DNA of 64,000 nucleotides from Candidatus Aenigmatarchaeota archaeon. GTDB lineage: Archaea; Aenigmatarchaeota; Aenigmatarchaeia; CG10238-14; SpSt-28. Position 1 is the first letter of the stretch; the number at the start of each line of letters is the position of its first letter. Below the pieces are notes generated by a model. That model did not search any database. It had not been told where the DNA came from and worked only from the letters and a program-made list of their open reading frames with translations. Of this stretch, positions 1-9,070 are shown piece by piece. Location: contig JAVYKI010000003.1 of the NCBI GenBank assembly GCA_038742305.1, positions 181-64,180 on the forward strand. Direction: 5' to 3'. The position numbers were made by a program, and so were the translations under genes.

Positions 1-171
1 TTTAAGAAAATTTTTATCATTCATTTTTTAATTTTTATCAAAAAGTTAGAATTTTTTATAACAGTGTTATAAGAAAAATTAAAATTCTATTGAAAAATTT
101 ACTTAAAAAAGTTTGTATGAGTTTAATAAACTAAATACTTACTCAAACGATATTCTGAACTTTCATAAAAA

Positions 172-429
172 TTAAAGCACTGATAAAAATTCAGATAACT
201 TTTCAACAACTTTTTTCCCTTTTTTCGTTAATGATACTATTTTTTCTCTACCTAATTTCTGAAATTCTATTATTTCAAGCTCATACAAAATTTCCAAAAG
301 TTTTAATGTATGAGAATATGTTGTTCCAACTTTTTTCGCTATTTGAGTAATATTTTTCGGTTTGTCTGAAAGAGCTATTAATACTTTTAAAGGTTTGTCC
401 TTAAACAAAAATTCTTTTAGCGAAACCAT
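172..429 (-). CDS. small winged-helix (ArsR/MarR-like) transcriptional regulator; only the C-terminal 85 codons of the 215-aa six-frame ORF
   Basis: HTH-like segment [28 protein letters not shown]. An internal ATG at 427-429 (minus strand) gives an 85-aa protein. The N-terminal part of the long ORF is antisense to L7Ae. Confidence 0.5.
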   Translation of the reverse strand: MVSLKEFLFKDKPLKVLIALSDKPKNITQIAKKVGTTYSHTLKLLEILYELEIIEFQKLGREKIVSLTKKGKKVVEKLSEFLSVL

Positions 430-460
430 AATAAAATTTAAATCTTTAAATACTAATATT

Positions 461-835
461 ATGCCCAAGTATGTAACATTCCAAGTACCAGAAGAAATAC
501 AAGAAAAAGTACTGCAATTAATGGAAGTAGCAAGGACTACAGGAAAAATTAAAAAAGGAACAAACGAAACAACTAAAGCAGTTGAAAGAGGACAAGCAAA
601 ATTAGTAGTAATAGCAGAAAATGTTAATCCAGAAGAAATTGTAATGCACTTACCAAAACTTTGCGAAGAAAAGAAGGTTCCATACATCTTTGTAAAATCA
701 AAAGAAGAATTAGGAAAAGCATGTGGAATAGAAGTTTCAGCAGCAAGTGCATGTGTAATTGAAGTAGGGGAAGGGAAGAAATTATTTGAAGAAATAATTA
801 ATTGGATTAGGAGCAACACTTCTCAACAAATATAA
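461..835 (+). CDS. rpl7ae: ribosomal protein L7Ae (eL8), K-turn binding
   Basis: [31 protein letters not shown]...[17 protein letters not shown] matches L7Ae. Start moved to the internal Met ([12 protein letters not shown]). Confidence 0.9.
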   Translation: MPKYVTFQVPEEIQEKVLQLMEVARTTGKIKKGTNETTKAVERGQAKLVVIAENVNPEEIVMHLPKLCEEKKVPYIFVKSKEELGKACGIEVSAASACVIEVGEGKKLFEEIINWIRSNTSQQI

Positions 836-836
836 C

Positions 837-1040
837 ATGGAAGCAGTTCCAGCAGAAGTTATAGAAATTATAGGTAGAACTGGCTCTAAAGGGGTAACTC
901 AAGTTAAATGTAAAATAATAGAAGGACCTGAAAAAGGAAGAATATTAATTAGAAATGTTAGCGGTCCAGTAAGAATTGGAGATATAATTTGGCTTAAAGA
1001 AGTTGAAATGGAAGCTGCAGGTAAAATTGAAGAGAAATGA
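837..1040 (+). CDS. rps28e: ribosomal protein S28e
   Basis: [32 protein letters not shown] is the S28e signature. Sits in the conserved L7Ae-S28e-L24e cluster. Confidence 0.9.
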   Translation: MEAVPAEVIEIIGRTGSKGVTQVKCKIIEGPEKGRILIRNVSGPVRIGDIIWLKEVEMEAAGKIEEK

Positions 1041-1210
1041 ATTGTGATTTTTGTTCTAGAAAAATTAAGACAGGAACAGGAAAAATGTATGTAACAGTAA
1101 CTGGAAAAATTTATTTCTTTTGCTCTTCAAAATGTGAAAAATATTTTTTCATGCAAAGGTCAGTTAAAAAGCACAAATGGCTAAAACATGAAAATAGGAT
1201 TACATCTTAA
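1037..1210 (+). CDS. rpl24e: ribosomal protein L24e
   Basis: Not in the ORF track (57 aa). Manual translation [37 protein letters not shown]... matches the L24e zinc ribbon. Its ATG overlaps the S28e stop (ATGA). Confidence 0.8.
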   Translation: MNCDFCSRKIKTGTGKMYVTVTGKIYFFCSSKCEKYFFMQRSVKKHKWLKHENRITS

Positions 1211-2195
1211 CGAAGAAGTTTTTAGAAAAACCGTTGATATTGTTGCTTCTATAGAAAAAGAAGCGGAAATAGATGAAATACTAATCAATTTAATTAATAA
1301 CAAGATTTTTATTTCAGACCAACTTTTCTTACTTTTACAAAAGTTGGCAGATGAATATTATATTTCTTCGAATTCAAACAAAATAAAAATAGAAAAAGAA
1401 ATTCCTGAAAATTACAAAGAAGAACTTGTTAAGTATTTAGTAGAAAAGGTTAAAAAATTATCAAACAAAGTTTTTTTCTCTGCTTTAGATATATCAAAAT
1501 TTTTTCAATGTCAAAGAAGGTTCTTTTTAGAAAAAGTTGTTAAATCTGAACAGAAAAAAACTCGATCAAGTTTTGAAGGAGAAGTTTTTCACAAAATGGC
1601 TTATCTAATGATAAATAATTACAATAAACTACCTTTAGAACAATTAGTACCCTCTGTAACAGAAAGGGTAATAAAAGAATATCAAAATAAGGCTAAAGTG
1701 GAAAAAGAAAAGTTATTAAATTCTGCAAGTTTTTTAAATCAAATTTTTAGCAAATATAAGTTTAAGTATATTATTCCTGAGCCATATTTTGTTTCTTTGC
1801 AAGCAGGATTAATAGCAACTCCAGATATACTTGCAATTTCAGAAAAAGAAATAGTGCCAATAGATTTGAAAATGGGTAGTTTAAGAGTAAAGGAGGCTCT
1901 TAGAATTCAATTATTAGCAGAAGCTGTTGTAATAGAAAAATTCTTTAGAAAAGAGGTTTCTTCCTCTATGATAATAAGTTTATTGAAAAGAAAAGTTTTT
2001 AAATTAAACTTTTCTCCGCAAGAAAAAGAAAAAATATTTATTATAAAAAAGCAAATAGAAAAAACTCTTTTAAAAAATATAGTTCCGCCAATGAGCAATT
2101 TGCCAAATTTTAGAAAAGTAGTTTGTCCATTTTGTCATGTAAAAGAAGTTTGCGATACAATAGAAGAAGTAAAGAAATTAATTAAGCTTAAATAA
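1188..2195 (+). CDS. Cas4-like / DUF83 PD-(D/E)XK nuclease with 4Fe-4S cluster (stand-alone)
   Basis: N-terminal Cys in FFQCQRRFFL plus C-terminal C-x2-C-x5-C (CPFCHVKEVC) give the 4-Cys pattern of Cas4/AddB-type nucleases. A putative PD...D-x-K core sits at GLIATPDILAISEKEIVPIDLK. Overlaps the L24e end by 23 nt. Confidence 0.55.
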   Translation: MKIGLHLNEEVFRKTVDIVASIEKEAEIDEILINLINNKIFISDQLFLLLQKLADEYYISSNSNKIKIEKEIPENYKEELVKYLVEKVKKLSNKVFFSALDISKFFQCQRRFFLEKVVKSEQKKTRSSFEGEVFHKMAYLMINNYNKLPLEQLVPSVTERVIKEYQNKAKVEKEKLLNSASFLNQIFSKYKFKYIIPEPYFVSLQAGLIATPDILAISEKEIVPIDLKMGSLRVKEALRIQLLAEAVVIEKFFRKEVSSSMIISLLKRKVFKLNFSPQEKEKIFIIKKQIEKTLLKNIVPPMSNLPNFRKVVCPFCHVKEVCDTIEEVKKLIKLK

Positions 2196-2201
2196 TTGCG
2201 G

Positions 2202-2308
2202 GGGGTGGGATTTGAACCCACGACGGCACTAAGCCAGCGGGTTTCTTATCATCAAATCAAAGCTCGAACTTGAGCCCGCCGCCCTTGACCAGGCTAGGCG
2301 ACCCCCGC
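2202..2308 (-). tRNA. tRNA-Leu(CAA) with a ~26-nt intron in the anticodon loop
   Basis: GC-rich island. Reverse complement reads GCGGGGGUCGCCUAGCCUGGUCAAGGGCG-GCGGG-CUCAAG[intron]A-CCCGC-long variable arm-GUGGGUUCAAAUCCCAC-CCCCCGC-A. Anticodon assumes canonical 37/38 intron position. Confidence 0.8.
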
Positions 2309-2337
2309 ATAATAAGAAGATTTCAGAACTTATGAAA

Positions 2338-2353
2338 TTATTTATATATTTTC
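2338..2353 (+). promoter_or_regulatory. A/T TATA-like element (ttatttatatattttc) in the divergent tRNA-Leu / rpoD intergenic region
   Basis: TATA-like box 16-25 nt upstream of the rpoD ATG, compatible with a leaderless archaeal transcript. It could also serve the divergent tRNA gene. Confidence 0.3.
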
Positions 2354-2365
2354 TCAAATAAGTTT

Positions 2366-2965
2366 ATGGAAGTAAAAATATTGGAAAAGACAAGAGATGA
2401 AATAAAAATAGAAGTTAAAAACATTAGCCCAGGAATAGCAGCAATGATAAGAAGAGCTATAATTTCTGAAATACCAACAATGGCAATTGAATGGATAGAT
2501 TTTTATAAAAATGATAGTGTTTTGCCAGATGAAATAATAGCTAATAGAGTGGGGTTAATTCCATTAACTTTTGATAAAAATTTTCATACTTTACCAAATA
2601 AGTGCGATTGCCAAGCTAAAGGATGTCCAAAATGTCAAGTAAAACTTTATCTTTATAAAAAAGGTCCTGGCTATGTTTATAGCGGAGATTTAAAAACTAC
2701 AGACGAAAAAGTTAAGCCAGTTTACGATAAAATACCAATAACATATTTAAATGAAAATGAAGAAATCGAGTTTGAAGCAATAGCTCAATTGGGTATAGGA
2801 AAGGAGCATTCTAAATGGCAAGCAGGCAATTGTGGATATTCTTATGAAAACGATAATTTTATATTTAACATAGAAACAACAAGCTCATATGAAGCTAGTG
2901 AATTATTTTCGGAAGCTATAGATGTAATTATTGAAAAACTTAAAGAATTAAAACAAAAAATTTAA
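2366..2965 (+). CDS. rpoD: DNA-directed RNA polymerase subunit D (Rpo3), reduced 199-aa form
   Basis: AAMIRRAIISEIPTMAIEWIDFYKNDSVLPDEIIANRVGLIPL is the Rpo3/RpoD dimerisation-domain signature. Cys cluster CDCQAKGCPKC present. Confidence 0.85.
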   Translation: MEVKILEKTRDEIKIEVKNISPGIAAMIRRAIISEIPTMAIEWIDFYKNDSVLPDEIIANRVGLIPLTFDKNFHTLPNKCDCQAKGCPKCQVKLYLYKKGPGYVYSGDLKTTDEKVKPVYDKIPITYLNENEEIEFEAIAQLGIGKEHSKWQAGNCGYSYENDNFIFNIETTSSYEASELFSEAIDVIIEKLKELKQKI

Positions 2966-3354
2966 ACTCTTCTTCCTCTTCTACTAGTTCTTCTCATGTA
3001 TCCATGAGGTATTGGAGTAACATCTTCTATCATTTTCACCTTTAATCCGCTTTTTATTAAAGTTCTTATTGCTGGTACAGCACCTAATCCTGGCAGCCTA
3101 GGACCTATTCCACCTTTCCCTCTTACTCTAACATAAACTTCAGTAACTCCTTTTGCAATTGCTTCCTCAGCAGCTTTTTTTGCAGCTAGAATAGCAGGAT
3201 ATGGCTTTCCTCCTTCCCTGTCTTTATCTGTCATCATTCCGCTGGAATATCTTGCAAAGGTGTATGTTCCTGTAAGGTCTGTAATATGGACTATTGTAGA
3301 GTTTTTTGTACTATATATATGTGCAATTCCTATTATTCCTTTTTTCTCTGTCAT
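2962..3354 (-). CDS. rps11: ribosomal protein S11 (uS11)
   Basis: [18 protein letters not shown]...[27 protein letters not shown]...[18 protein letters not shown] matches uS11. Confidence 0.9.
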   Translation of the reverse strand: MTEKKGIIGIAHIYSTKNSTIVHITDLTGTYTFARYSSGMMTDKDREGGKPYPAILAAKKAAEEAIAKGVTEVYVRVRGKGGIGPRLPGLGAVPAIRTLIKSGLKVKMIEDVTPIPHGYMRRTSRRGRRV

Positions 3355-3833
3355 ACCTTAACTTTTAGCCCTATTTTTTGAGGGTCTAATAATAATTGTA
3401 TTTTATCTTCTTCCTCTTTTTTAACTAAATATGAAGGCCAAGTAATTTTTCTACCATTTATTGCAATATGTCCATGAACTATTAATTGTCTTGCCTGTTT
3501 TATTGTATTTGCTAGTCCTTTTTTATAAACAATTGTTTGCAATCTTCTTTCAAGAATACGTTCTGCTGTTAAATCTAATAAATCATCAATAGTTTTTGCT
3601 TCTATAAAACCATATCTATTAACTTTATTCAAAATTTCTTTTTCAAGTTTTTCATCCCTTTTTGCAATTAATTGTCTTGCTAATCTTCTGTACTTTCTAG
3701 CAATACTTTCAGCCCTCCAAATTTCCTTTTTTCTTCTTAATCCATATTTTTTCATTAATTCTTTTTCTTTCTCTATTCTAACTTTATCCCACCTTTTCAA
3801 AGGTTTTTCATACTTTTTTCTAAACCTTTTCAT
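3351..3833 (-). CDS. rps4: ribosomal protein S4 (uS4)
   Basis: S4 domain [42 protein letters not shown]. Confidence 0.9.
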   Translation of the reverse strand: MKRFRKKYEKPLKRWDKVRIEKEKELMKKYGLRRKKEIWRAESIARKYRRLARQLIAKRDEKLEKEILNKVNRYGFIEAKTIDDLLDLTAERILERRLQTIVYKKGLANTIKQARQLIVHGHIAINGRKITWPSYLVKKEEEDKIQLLLDPQKIGLKVKV

Positions 3834-4396
3834 TTGCTTTGTTGTTGTTTGCTTCTAACTACTCCAACGGTCATGCCTTTTCTAAAATGACTTCTAGTTC
3901 TTTGCCCTCTTACTGGCTGCCCAAGCTTATGCCTCCAACCTCTGTAAGTATTAAGCTCCATTTCTCTTTTTATATCTAATTGCATCCTAACTTTAACCTC
4001 TGGACCAACAATATGATAATCTTTTCCGTCATATATATCTTTTCTTCTATTGTATAACCAAGAAGGTATGTTATATTTTTGCGGATTTTTAATTATATCT
4101 GCAAGCAATTCAAGTTTTTCATCACTCAAATTACCAATTAAGAAATTTCTATCTATTCCAGTAATTTCTTCAAAAATAGTGCAAACAGCATTGCCATAAG
4201 AAAAACTTATTCCATCAATATTCCAAATAGCCCTTCTTATTGGTAAGTGCCCAGGAATATCTGTATCTATTAACCTTACAACAGGTTTTTCAACTTTTGG
4301 CAATTCTTTTACTTTTTTCTTTTTTAACTCTTCAACTACTTTTTTCTCTTCTTCAGCACTAACCTTTTTCTCTTCTTTAATTCTACGTGTTCCCAT
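3830..4396 (-). CDS. rps13: ribosomal protein S13 (uS13) with KE-rich N-terminal extension
   Basis: [26 protein letters not shown]...[17 protein letters not shown] matches uS13. Sits in the S13-S4-S11 cluster. Confidence 0.9.
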   Translation of the reverse strand: MGTRRIKEEKKVSAEEEKKVVEELKKKKVKELPKVEKPVVRLIDTDIPGHLPIRRAIWNIDGISFSYGNAVCTIFEEITGIDRNFLIGNLSDEKLELLADIIKNPQKYNIPSWLYNRRKDIYDGKDYHIVGPEVKVRMQLDIKREMELNTYRGWRHKLGQPVRGQRTRSHFRKGMTVGVVRSKQQQSK

Positions 4397-4439
4397 AGTT
4401 ATTTTTATATCTTCTTAAATATTTTTTGAATTATTTTTT

Positions 4440-5525
4440 ATGGCAATAAAGCAATTGACTGGAGAACCAAAATTTTCAGAGATAGATGAAGAACTAAGAA
4501 AAATAGTTGAAAAAAGAAAAACTAGGATAAAAGTTGTTGGTTGCGGAGGAGCAGGAAATAATACAGTTTCCAGATTAATGCAAGTAGGAATTGTTGGAGC
4601 TCAAACAATTGCAATAAATACAGATGCAATGGACTTGCTTTATACAGATGCAGATGTTAAAATACTTATTGGTAGAGAATTAACAGGTGGCCTAGGAGCT
4701 GGAGCAGACCCAAGAATAGGAATGGAAGCTGCAAAAGAAAGTAAAGAAGAGCTTAAAAAAGTTTTAAAAGATTCCGATATGGTTTTCGTTACTGGCGGTT
4801 TAGGAGGAGGTACTGGTACTGGAAGCGCTCCAGTAGTTGCTGAAATTGCTAAAAGGTTAGGGGCATTAGTTATTGGAGTTTTTACTTTGCCTTTTTCATT
4901 AGAAGGAAAACAAAGGTGGGAAAATGCAATGTGGGGTTTAGAAATGTTAGAGCCAGTAACTGATACATTAATACTTATTCCAAACGACAAATTACTAGAA
5001 CTATTTCCAGATGTTTCAATTACAACAGCATTTAAAATTGCAGATGAATTGCTAATAAATGCAATAAAAGGAATAACCGAAATGATAACAAAGCCAGGAT
5101 TAGTTAATAGAGATTTTGCAGATATTAAAGCAATAATGAGCGACGGCGGCTTAGCATTAATAAGTATGGGAGAAAGTGATAGCGAAAATAGAGCAATAGA
5201 AAGCGTTCAAAGAGCATTAAACAATCCATTGTTGTCAGTAGATATTTCTGATGCAAAAGGAGCTTTAGTTGCAATATTTAGTGGGCCAGATATAACATTA
5301 AAAGAAGTTCAAGCAATATTAGATGCTGTAAGGTCAAAAATGAATTCTGATGCAAAACTATTGTGGGGAGTTCAAATTGACAAATCTTTGGGAGATACTG
5401 TGAGAACATTATTAATAATTACTGGAGTAAGCTCTCCGCAAATTATTGGAAAAGAAGAAAAAGGTAAAGTTAAAAAGAAGTTTAAGAAAGATATAGAAAA
5501 AGAGCTAGGAATAGAGTTTGTATGA
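4440..5525 (+). CDS. ftsZ: cell division GTPase FtsZ
   Basis: Tubulin signature GGGTGTG, VVGCGGAGNN, and the T7 loop region. Confidence 0.9.
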   Translation: MAIKQLTGEPKFSEIDEELRKIVEKRKTRIKVVGCGGAGNNTVSRLMQVGIVGAQTIAINTDAMDLLYTDADVKILIGRELTGGLGAGADPRIGMEAAKESKEELKKVLKDSDMVFVTGGLGGGTGTGSAPVVAEIAKRLGALVIGVFTLPFSLEGKQRWENAMWGLEMLEPVTDTLILIPNDKLLELFPDVSITTAFKIADELLINAIKGITEMITKPGLVNRDFADIKAIMSDGGLALISMGESDSENRAIESVQRALNNPLLSVDISDAKGALVAIFSGPDITLKEVQAILDAVRSKMNSDAKLLWGVQIDKSLGDTVRTLLIITGVSSPQIIGKEEKGKVKKKFKKDIEKELGIEFV

Positions 5526-5692
5526 TAAAAAGGATTTTTAACTTTTTAAAAAGAACTTTTTTTATTTTAAAAGAAGTTAGAAAACCAACAACAAAAGAAA
5601 CCTTTAATTTTTTTCTTAAAGTTTTATACTTTTCTTTTGTTTTTGGTTTAATAGGTTTTATTATATATCTTATTTTAATATTGATTGCTTAA
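5522..5692 (+). CDS. secE: preprotein translocase subunit SecE (Sec61-gamma), 56 aa
   Basis: Not in the ORF track. Manual translation MIKRIFNFLKRTFFILKEVRKPTTKETFNFFLKVLYFSFVFGLIGFIIYLILILIA has the conserved K-P region and a single C-terminal TM helix. Sits in the canonical position immediately upstream of spt5/nusG; ATG overlaps the ftsZ stop. Confidence 0.55.
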   Translation: MIKRIFNFLKRTFFILKEVRKPTTKETFNFFLKVLYFSFVFGLIGFIIYLILILIA

Positions 5693-5694
5693 TT

Positions 5695-6135
5695 ATGCCA
5701 ATATATGCTATAAGAACAATAGGTGGAAAGGAAGAAATTTTAGTGGATATCATAGCTAATAAGGCAATAGAAAACAATTTACAAATTTATTCAGTTTTTA
5801 GAATAGAAGAAATAAAGAACTATGTTTTTATTGAAGGGGAAGAGGAAGATGTCTTTAAATTAGTTAAAGAGCTTCCGCATGTAAGGAACTTTATAAAAAA
5901 CCCTGTTGATATAAAAGAATTTGAAAAATATTTTGAAGAGAAAGTTGAAGTAAAAATTGAAATTGGAGATATAGTAGAAATTATTGGTGGACCATTTAAA
6001 GGCCAAAAAGGAAGAGTTACTAAAGTTGATGAAGTTAAAAGAGAAGTTGTTTTAGAATTATTAGAAACTGCAATTCCTCTGCCTTTAACTATAAGTATTG
6101 ATATGGTAAAAGTTATAGAAAAGAGGCATGGCTGA
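5695..6135 (+). CDS. spt5: transcription elongation factor Spt5 (NusG homolog)
   Basis: NGN domain plus KOW motif GDIVEIIGGPFKGQKGRVTKVD. Sits in the secE-spt5-L11-L1-L10 cluster. Confidence 0.85.
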   Translation: MPIYAIRTIGGKEEILVDIIANKAIENNLQIYSVFRIEEIKNYVFIEGEEEDVFKLVKELPHVRNFIKNPVDIKEFEKYFEEKVEVKIEIGDIVEIIGGPFKGQKGRVTKVDEVKREVVLELLETAIPLPLTISIDMVKVIEKRHG

Positions 6136-6625
6136 AAAAGAAGTAATAGAATTATTAGTAGAAGGAGGAAAAGCAGCCCCAGGCCCATCTACTGCTCCAA
6201 AGCTTTCTGCTTTAAAGCTAAACGTTGGAGAAATTTTTTCAAAAATAAATCAAATGACAAAAGAATTTGAAGGTATGGATGTACCAGTTAAAATTATAGT
6301 TGATAAAGAAACAAGAAAATATGAAATAGAAATAGGTTTACCGCCAACTTCTAGCTTATTAAAAAGAGAAGCAGGAATTCAAGTAGCAAAAATAACAAAA
6401 GAAGACAAGGAAAAAGGAATAAAATGGATTGGAAATATAAGTTTTGATAAAGTAGTTAAAGTAGCTAAGTTAAAAGAAAAAGAGTTAGAAGGAAGAGATT
6501 TTAAACAAAAAATTAAGCAAGTTTTGGGTACATGTCTTTCTTTGCATTTGCTAGTTGATAATAAAGACCCAAGGCAAGTAATTAAAGAAGTAGATGAAGG
6601 TCTTTATGATGATAAGTTAAAATGA
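6128..6625 (+). CDS. rpl11: ribosomal protein L11 (uL11)
   Basis: GGKAAPGPSTAPKLSALKLNVGEI...IGLPPTSSLLKREAGI matches uL11. Confidence 0.9.
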   Translation: MAEKEVIELLVEGGKAAPGPSTAPKLSALKLNVGEIFSKINQMTKEFEGMDVPVKIIVDKETRKYEIEIGLPPTSSLLKREAGIQVAKITKEDKEKGIKWIGNISFDKVVKVAKLKEKELEGRDFKQKIKQVLGTCLSLHLLVDNKDPRQVIKEVDEGLYDDKLK

Positions 6626-6776
6626 ATTCTTTCATAATATCTTTTCTTTTTGTTCTAATTTTTTATAGTTATTTTTATTTTAACGGAACAATGAAAGATA
6701 TGTATCCTTTTTCTCTTTTAAGCCTTATTTTAATTTTATACTTTCAAATAAAAAGCAAAAAAGAAATAGAAATATA

Positions 6777-7382
6777 ATGGAGTTAAAATTTGAAAAATTG
6801 GAAGAATTAAAAAATTCGAAGCCTAGAAAATTTAAACAAAGCCTAGAGCTTATAATAGTTTTAAAAGATGTTGATGTAAAAGAACTGAAAAACAAAATAC
6901 AAGAAGTTTTTGTACCTTACGGAATAAATTCAAAAGTTATAATATTTTCTGAAACTAAAAAATTAGATGGAATAGAACATTATACTCCAAAAGATATAGA
7001 AAAAATTGCTTCTAGTGCAAGAGAAGCAAGAAAATTTGCAAGAAAATTTGATTTTGCTTTAGCCGAACAAAAACTTTTGCCTTTAATAGGTAGATTATTG
7101 GGTAAATATTTAGCTGTAAGAGGAAAAATGCCAAAGCCAATTATAGATGAAAAAAGTTTAGCTCAGCAAATTGAAAAATTACAAAAAAGCGTAAGGATTA
7201 ATTTAAAGCAAAACCAAATTCAATTAAAAATTGGAAAGGAAGATTTAGAAAAAGATAAAGTTATTCAAAATATAAAGGAAGTTTTAGGTCAAATAATAGA
7301 AAAACTGCCAGAAGGTGAAAAGAATATCAAAAAAATATATGTTAAATTAACTATGAGTAAGCCTGTAAAAATTTATCCTTAG
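6777..7382 (+). CDS. rpl1: ribosomal protein L1 (uL1)
   Basis: Follows L11 with a 150-nt spacer in the conserved operon. L1-like length (201 aa) and sequence pattern. Confidence 0.8.
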   Translation: MELKFEKLEELKNSKPRKFKQSLELIIVLKDVDVKELKNKIQEVFVPYGINSKVIIFSETKKLDGIEHYTPKDIEKIASSAREARKFARKFDFALAEQKLLPLIGRLLGKYLAVRGKMPKPIIDEKSLAQQIEKLQKSVRINLKQNQIQLKIGKEDLEKDKVIQNIKEVLGQIIEKLPEGEKNIKKIYVKLTMSKPVKIYP

Positions 7383-7383
7383 C

Positions 7384-8520
7384 ATGTTAACTAGAGAACA
7401 AAAAGCAAAAATAATAGAAGAAATAATTAGCATTTTTAATAGCTACAAAGTTTTAGGTTTTGTAGATTTTTACAAGCTTCCAACAAGAGAATATAGAGAA
7501 ATGAAGAGAAAATTAAAAGATGTAAACATTAAGTTTTTCAAAAAATCTCTTGTAATAAAAGCATTAGAAAGAATTGGAAGAGAAGATTTAATTCCACATT
7601 TACCAGACCAAGTAGGAATACTTTTTACTAATAGAAACCCTTTCGAAGTTTATAAGGAAATAAAGTCTTTAGTAACATATAGGTTTGCAAAAGAAAATGA
7701 TACTGCTGAAGAAGACATAATCCTTAAACCAATGGTTACTAATATTCCAGCAGGAATGGCTATTGCGGAATTTCAAAAATTAAAAATAGAAGTTGGAGTA
7801 GAGCAGGGAAAAATTGCAATTAAAAAGGAAAAAAAGCTTGTTTCAAAAGGAGAAAAAATAACAAAAGAAATAGCCGGAATTTTACAAAAGCTTAATATAA
7901 AACCAATTCCGATTAGAATAAAAGTTAATTGTTTAATAGAAGGAAAAACAATTTATACTAAAGATATTTTAGATTTAGATGAAAAGTATTATTCAGAAAA
8001 AATATCTTTAGCATTTTTAATTGCCGATAACTTGGCTGAAAAGCTGGGAATATATACTAAATATAACCTTTCGAGAATAATAAGAAAAGGCTATAAAATA
8101 GCTTTAGAAATAAGCATAAAAGCAGCAATATTTAGTGAAAAAAGCTTAGAAGAAGCAATAAGAAGAGCTATAACAATTAAAAATATATTTAAATCTTACA
8201 TTAATATAGAAAATATGGAGTACGTCTATGCTGCATTAATGTTGTATGAAGCAAAGAAAGAAATAACAGAAGAAAATTTAAGAAAAGTTCTAGAAGCAGC
8301 TGGAATAGTTGTAGATGAAGCAAAAATTAAAAGTTTAGTAGAATCTTTAAAGAATATAAACATAGAAGAAGTAATAAAAAGCGCAACTTCTCAACCAATA
8401 CAAGTAGCTGTAGCTCCTCAGGCTAAAACAGAAGAAAAGAAAGAAGAAACTAAGAAAGAAGAAGAGAAAAAGAGAGAAGAAGAAGCAGTAGCGGGATTAG
8501 GTGCGCTTTTCGGATTTTAA
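7384..8520 (+). CDS. rplP0: ribosomal stalk protein P0 (uL10) fused in frame to a P1 (aL12) module
   Basis: N-terminal ~277 aa is uL10/P0-like. From internal Met278 (nt 8215) the sequence [45 protein letters not shown]...[13 protein letters not shown] is a complete P1-type protein. There is no stop between the two. Confidence 0.8.
   Translation: MLTREQKAKIIEEIISIFNSYKVLGFVDFYKLPTREYREMKRKLKDVNIKFFKKSLVIKALERIGREDLIPHLPDQVGILFTNRNPFEVYKEIKSLVTYRFAKENDTAEEDIILKPMVTNIPAGMAIAEFQKLKIEVGVEQGKIAIKKEKKLVSKGEKITKEIAGILQKLNIKPIPIRIKVNCLIEGKTIYTKDILDLDEKYYSEKISLAFLIADNLAEKLGIYTKYNLSRIIRKGYKIALEISIKAAIFSEKSLEEAIRRAITIKNIFKSYINIENMEYVYAALMLYEAKKEITEENLRKVLEAAGIVVDEAKIKSLVESLKNINIEEVIKSATSQPIQVAVAPQAKTEEKKEETKKEEEKKREEEAVAGLGALFGF
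8215..8520 (+). CDS. rpl12: possible independent translation of the P1 (aL12) stalk protein from the internal ATG within the P0 reading frame
   Basis: Internal ATG at 8215 begins a canonical P1 N-terminus (MEYVYAAL...) and ends with the conserved GLGALFGF tail. Internal initiation is speculative. Confidence 0.4.
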   Translation: MEYVYAALMLYEAKKEITEENLRKVLEAAGIVVDEAKIKSLVESLKNINIEEVIKSATSQPIQVAVAPQAKTEEKKEETKKEEEKKREEEAVAGLGALFGF

Positions 8521-8646
8521 TTTCGTATAATTTCGCATATTCCTTTTTGCTATATTAATTCTTTATATTTAATTAATAGGAAAAACTCTTTATTTCGCGA
8601 AATTTTGTTTAGAAAATTTCTATATATACTTAGCTTATTTCTTTCT

Positions 8647-8829
8647 ATGAAATGCATAAGATGCGGCTCGGAAAGAATGGTAAAGTTTGTGGATGCATTC
8701 GGAACCCCTAGAGTTTTTTGCAGAGATTGCTTCTTTAATATTTCAATAGACATCTTTAAAAAATTAGTTTCTCAAAGAAATTTGTTTGAATTTTCCTATC
8801 TCAAACAATTGGCATGGAAACAGAAATAA
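8647..8829 (+). CDS. small zinc-ribbon protein (hypothetical)
   Basis: MKCIRCGSERMVKFVDAFGTPRVFCRDCF carries a C-x2-C...C-x2-C ribbon. Lies within a 550-bp intergenic region; start chosen at the internal ATG. Confidence 0.3.
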   Translation: MKCIRCGSERMVKFVDAFGTPRVFCRDCFFNISIDIFKKLVSQRNLFEFSYLKQLAWKQK

Positions 8830-9070
8830 TAGTGAAAAAAATAAGAAGGGGCAAAGTAATAGCCTATAGTGTCTTAGCAAGAAAAGGAAGCGTAATAAAA
8901 GGATATATAAAGCCAGTTCAGTACCTAGAGTATAGACTTTAATGTATATAAAAATAACAATTAAATAAGTTCTTTCTTAAACATAATTAGACATGGCAAA
9001 GAAAAAGAAAGAAGGAGAACAGCAAGAATAAACTTAAAATTGAACTTTTAGCAACTTTCATTTCCACTTT

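Noticed and set aside
172-819. 215-aa minus-strand ORF covering most of the rpl7ae region
   Set aside because: Only the C-terminal 85 codons look like a real wHTH gene. The remainder is low-complexity antisense translation of the well-supported L7Ae gene on the plus strand.
1907-2098. 63-aa minus-strand ORF inside the Cas4-like gene
   Set aside because: Antisense, low complexity.
2236-2262. Box C/D guide RNA inside the tRNA-Leu(CAA) intron (contains UGAUGA)
   Set aside because: The intron is only ~26 nt, too short for C, D', C' and D boxes plus guide regions. The UGAUGA is likely coincidental.
4640-4990. 116-aa minus-strand ORF inside ftsZ
   Set aside because: Antisense to the tubulin G-box region of FtsZ. 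Pro/Gly/Val-rich translation typical of an antisense artefact.
5820-6188. 122-aa minus-strand ORF antisense to spt5 and the rpl11 start
   Set aside because: Low-complexity Leu/Ile/Ser-rich antisense translation overlapping two well-supported genes.
8550-8753. 67-aa minus-strand ORF in the rplP0-pgk intergenic region
   Set aside because: Overlaps the plus-strand Zn-ribbon ORF with no features of its own. Neither is strongly supported, and the Zn-ribbon ORF was preferred.
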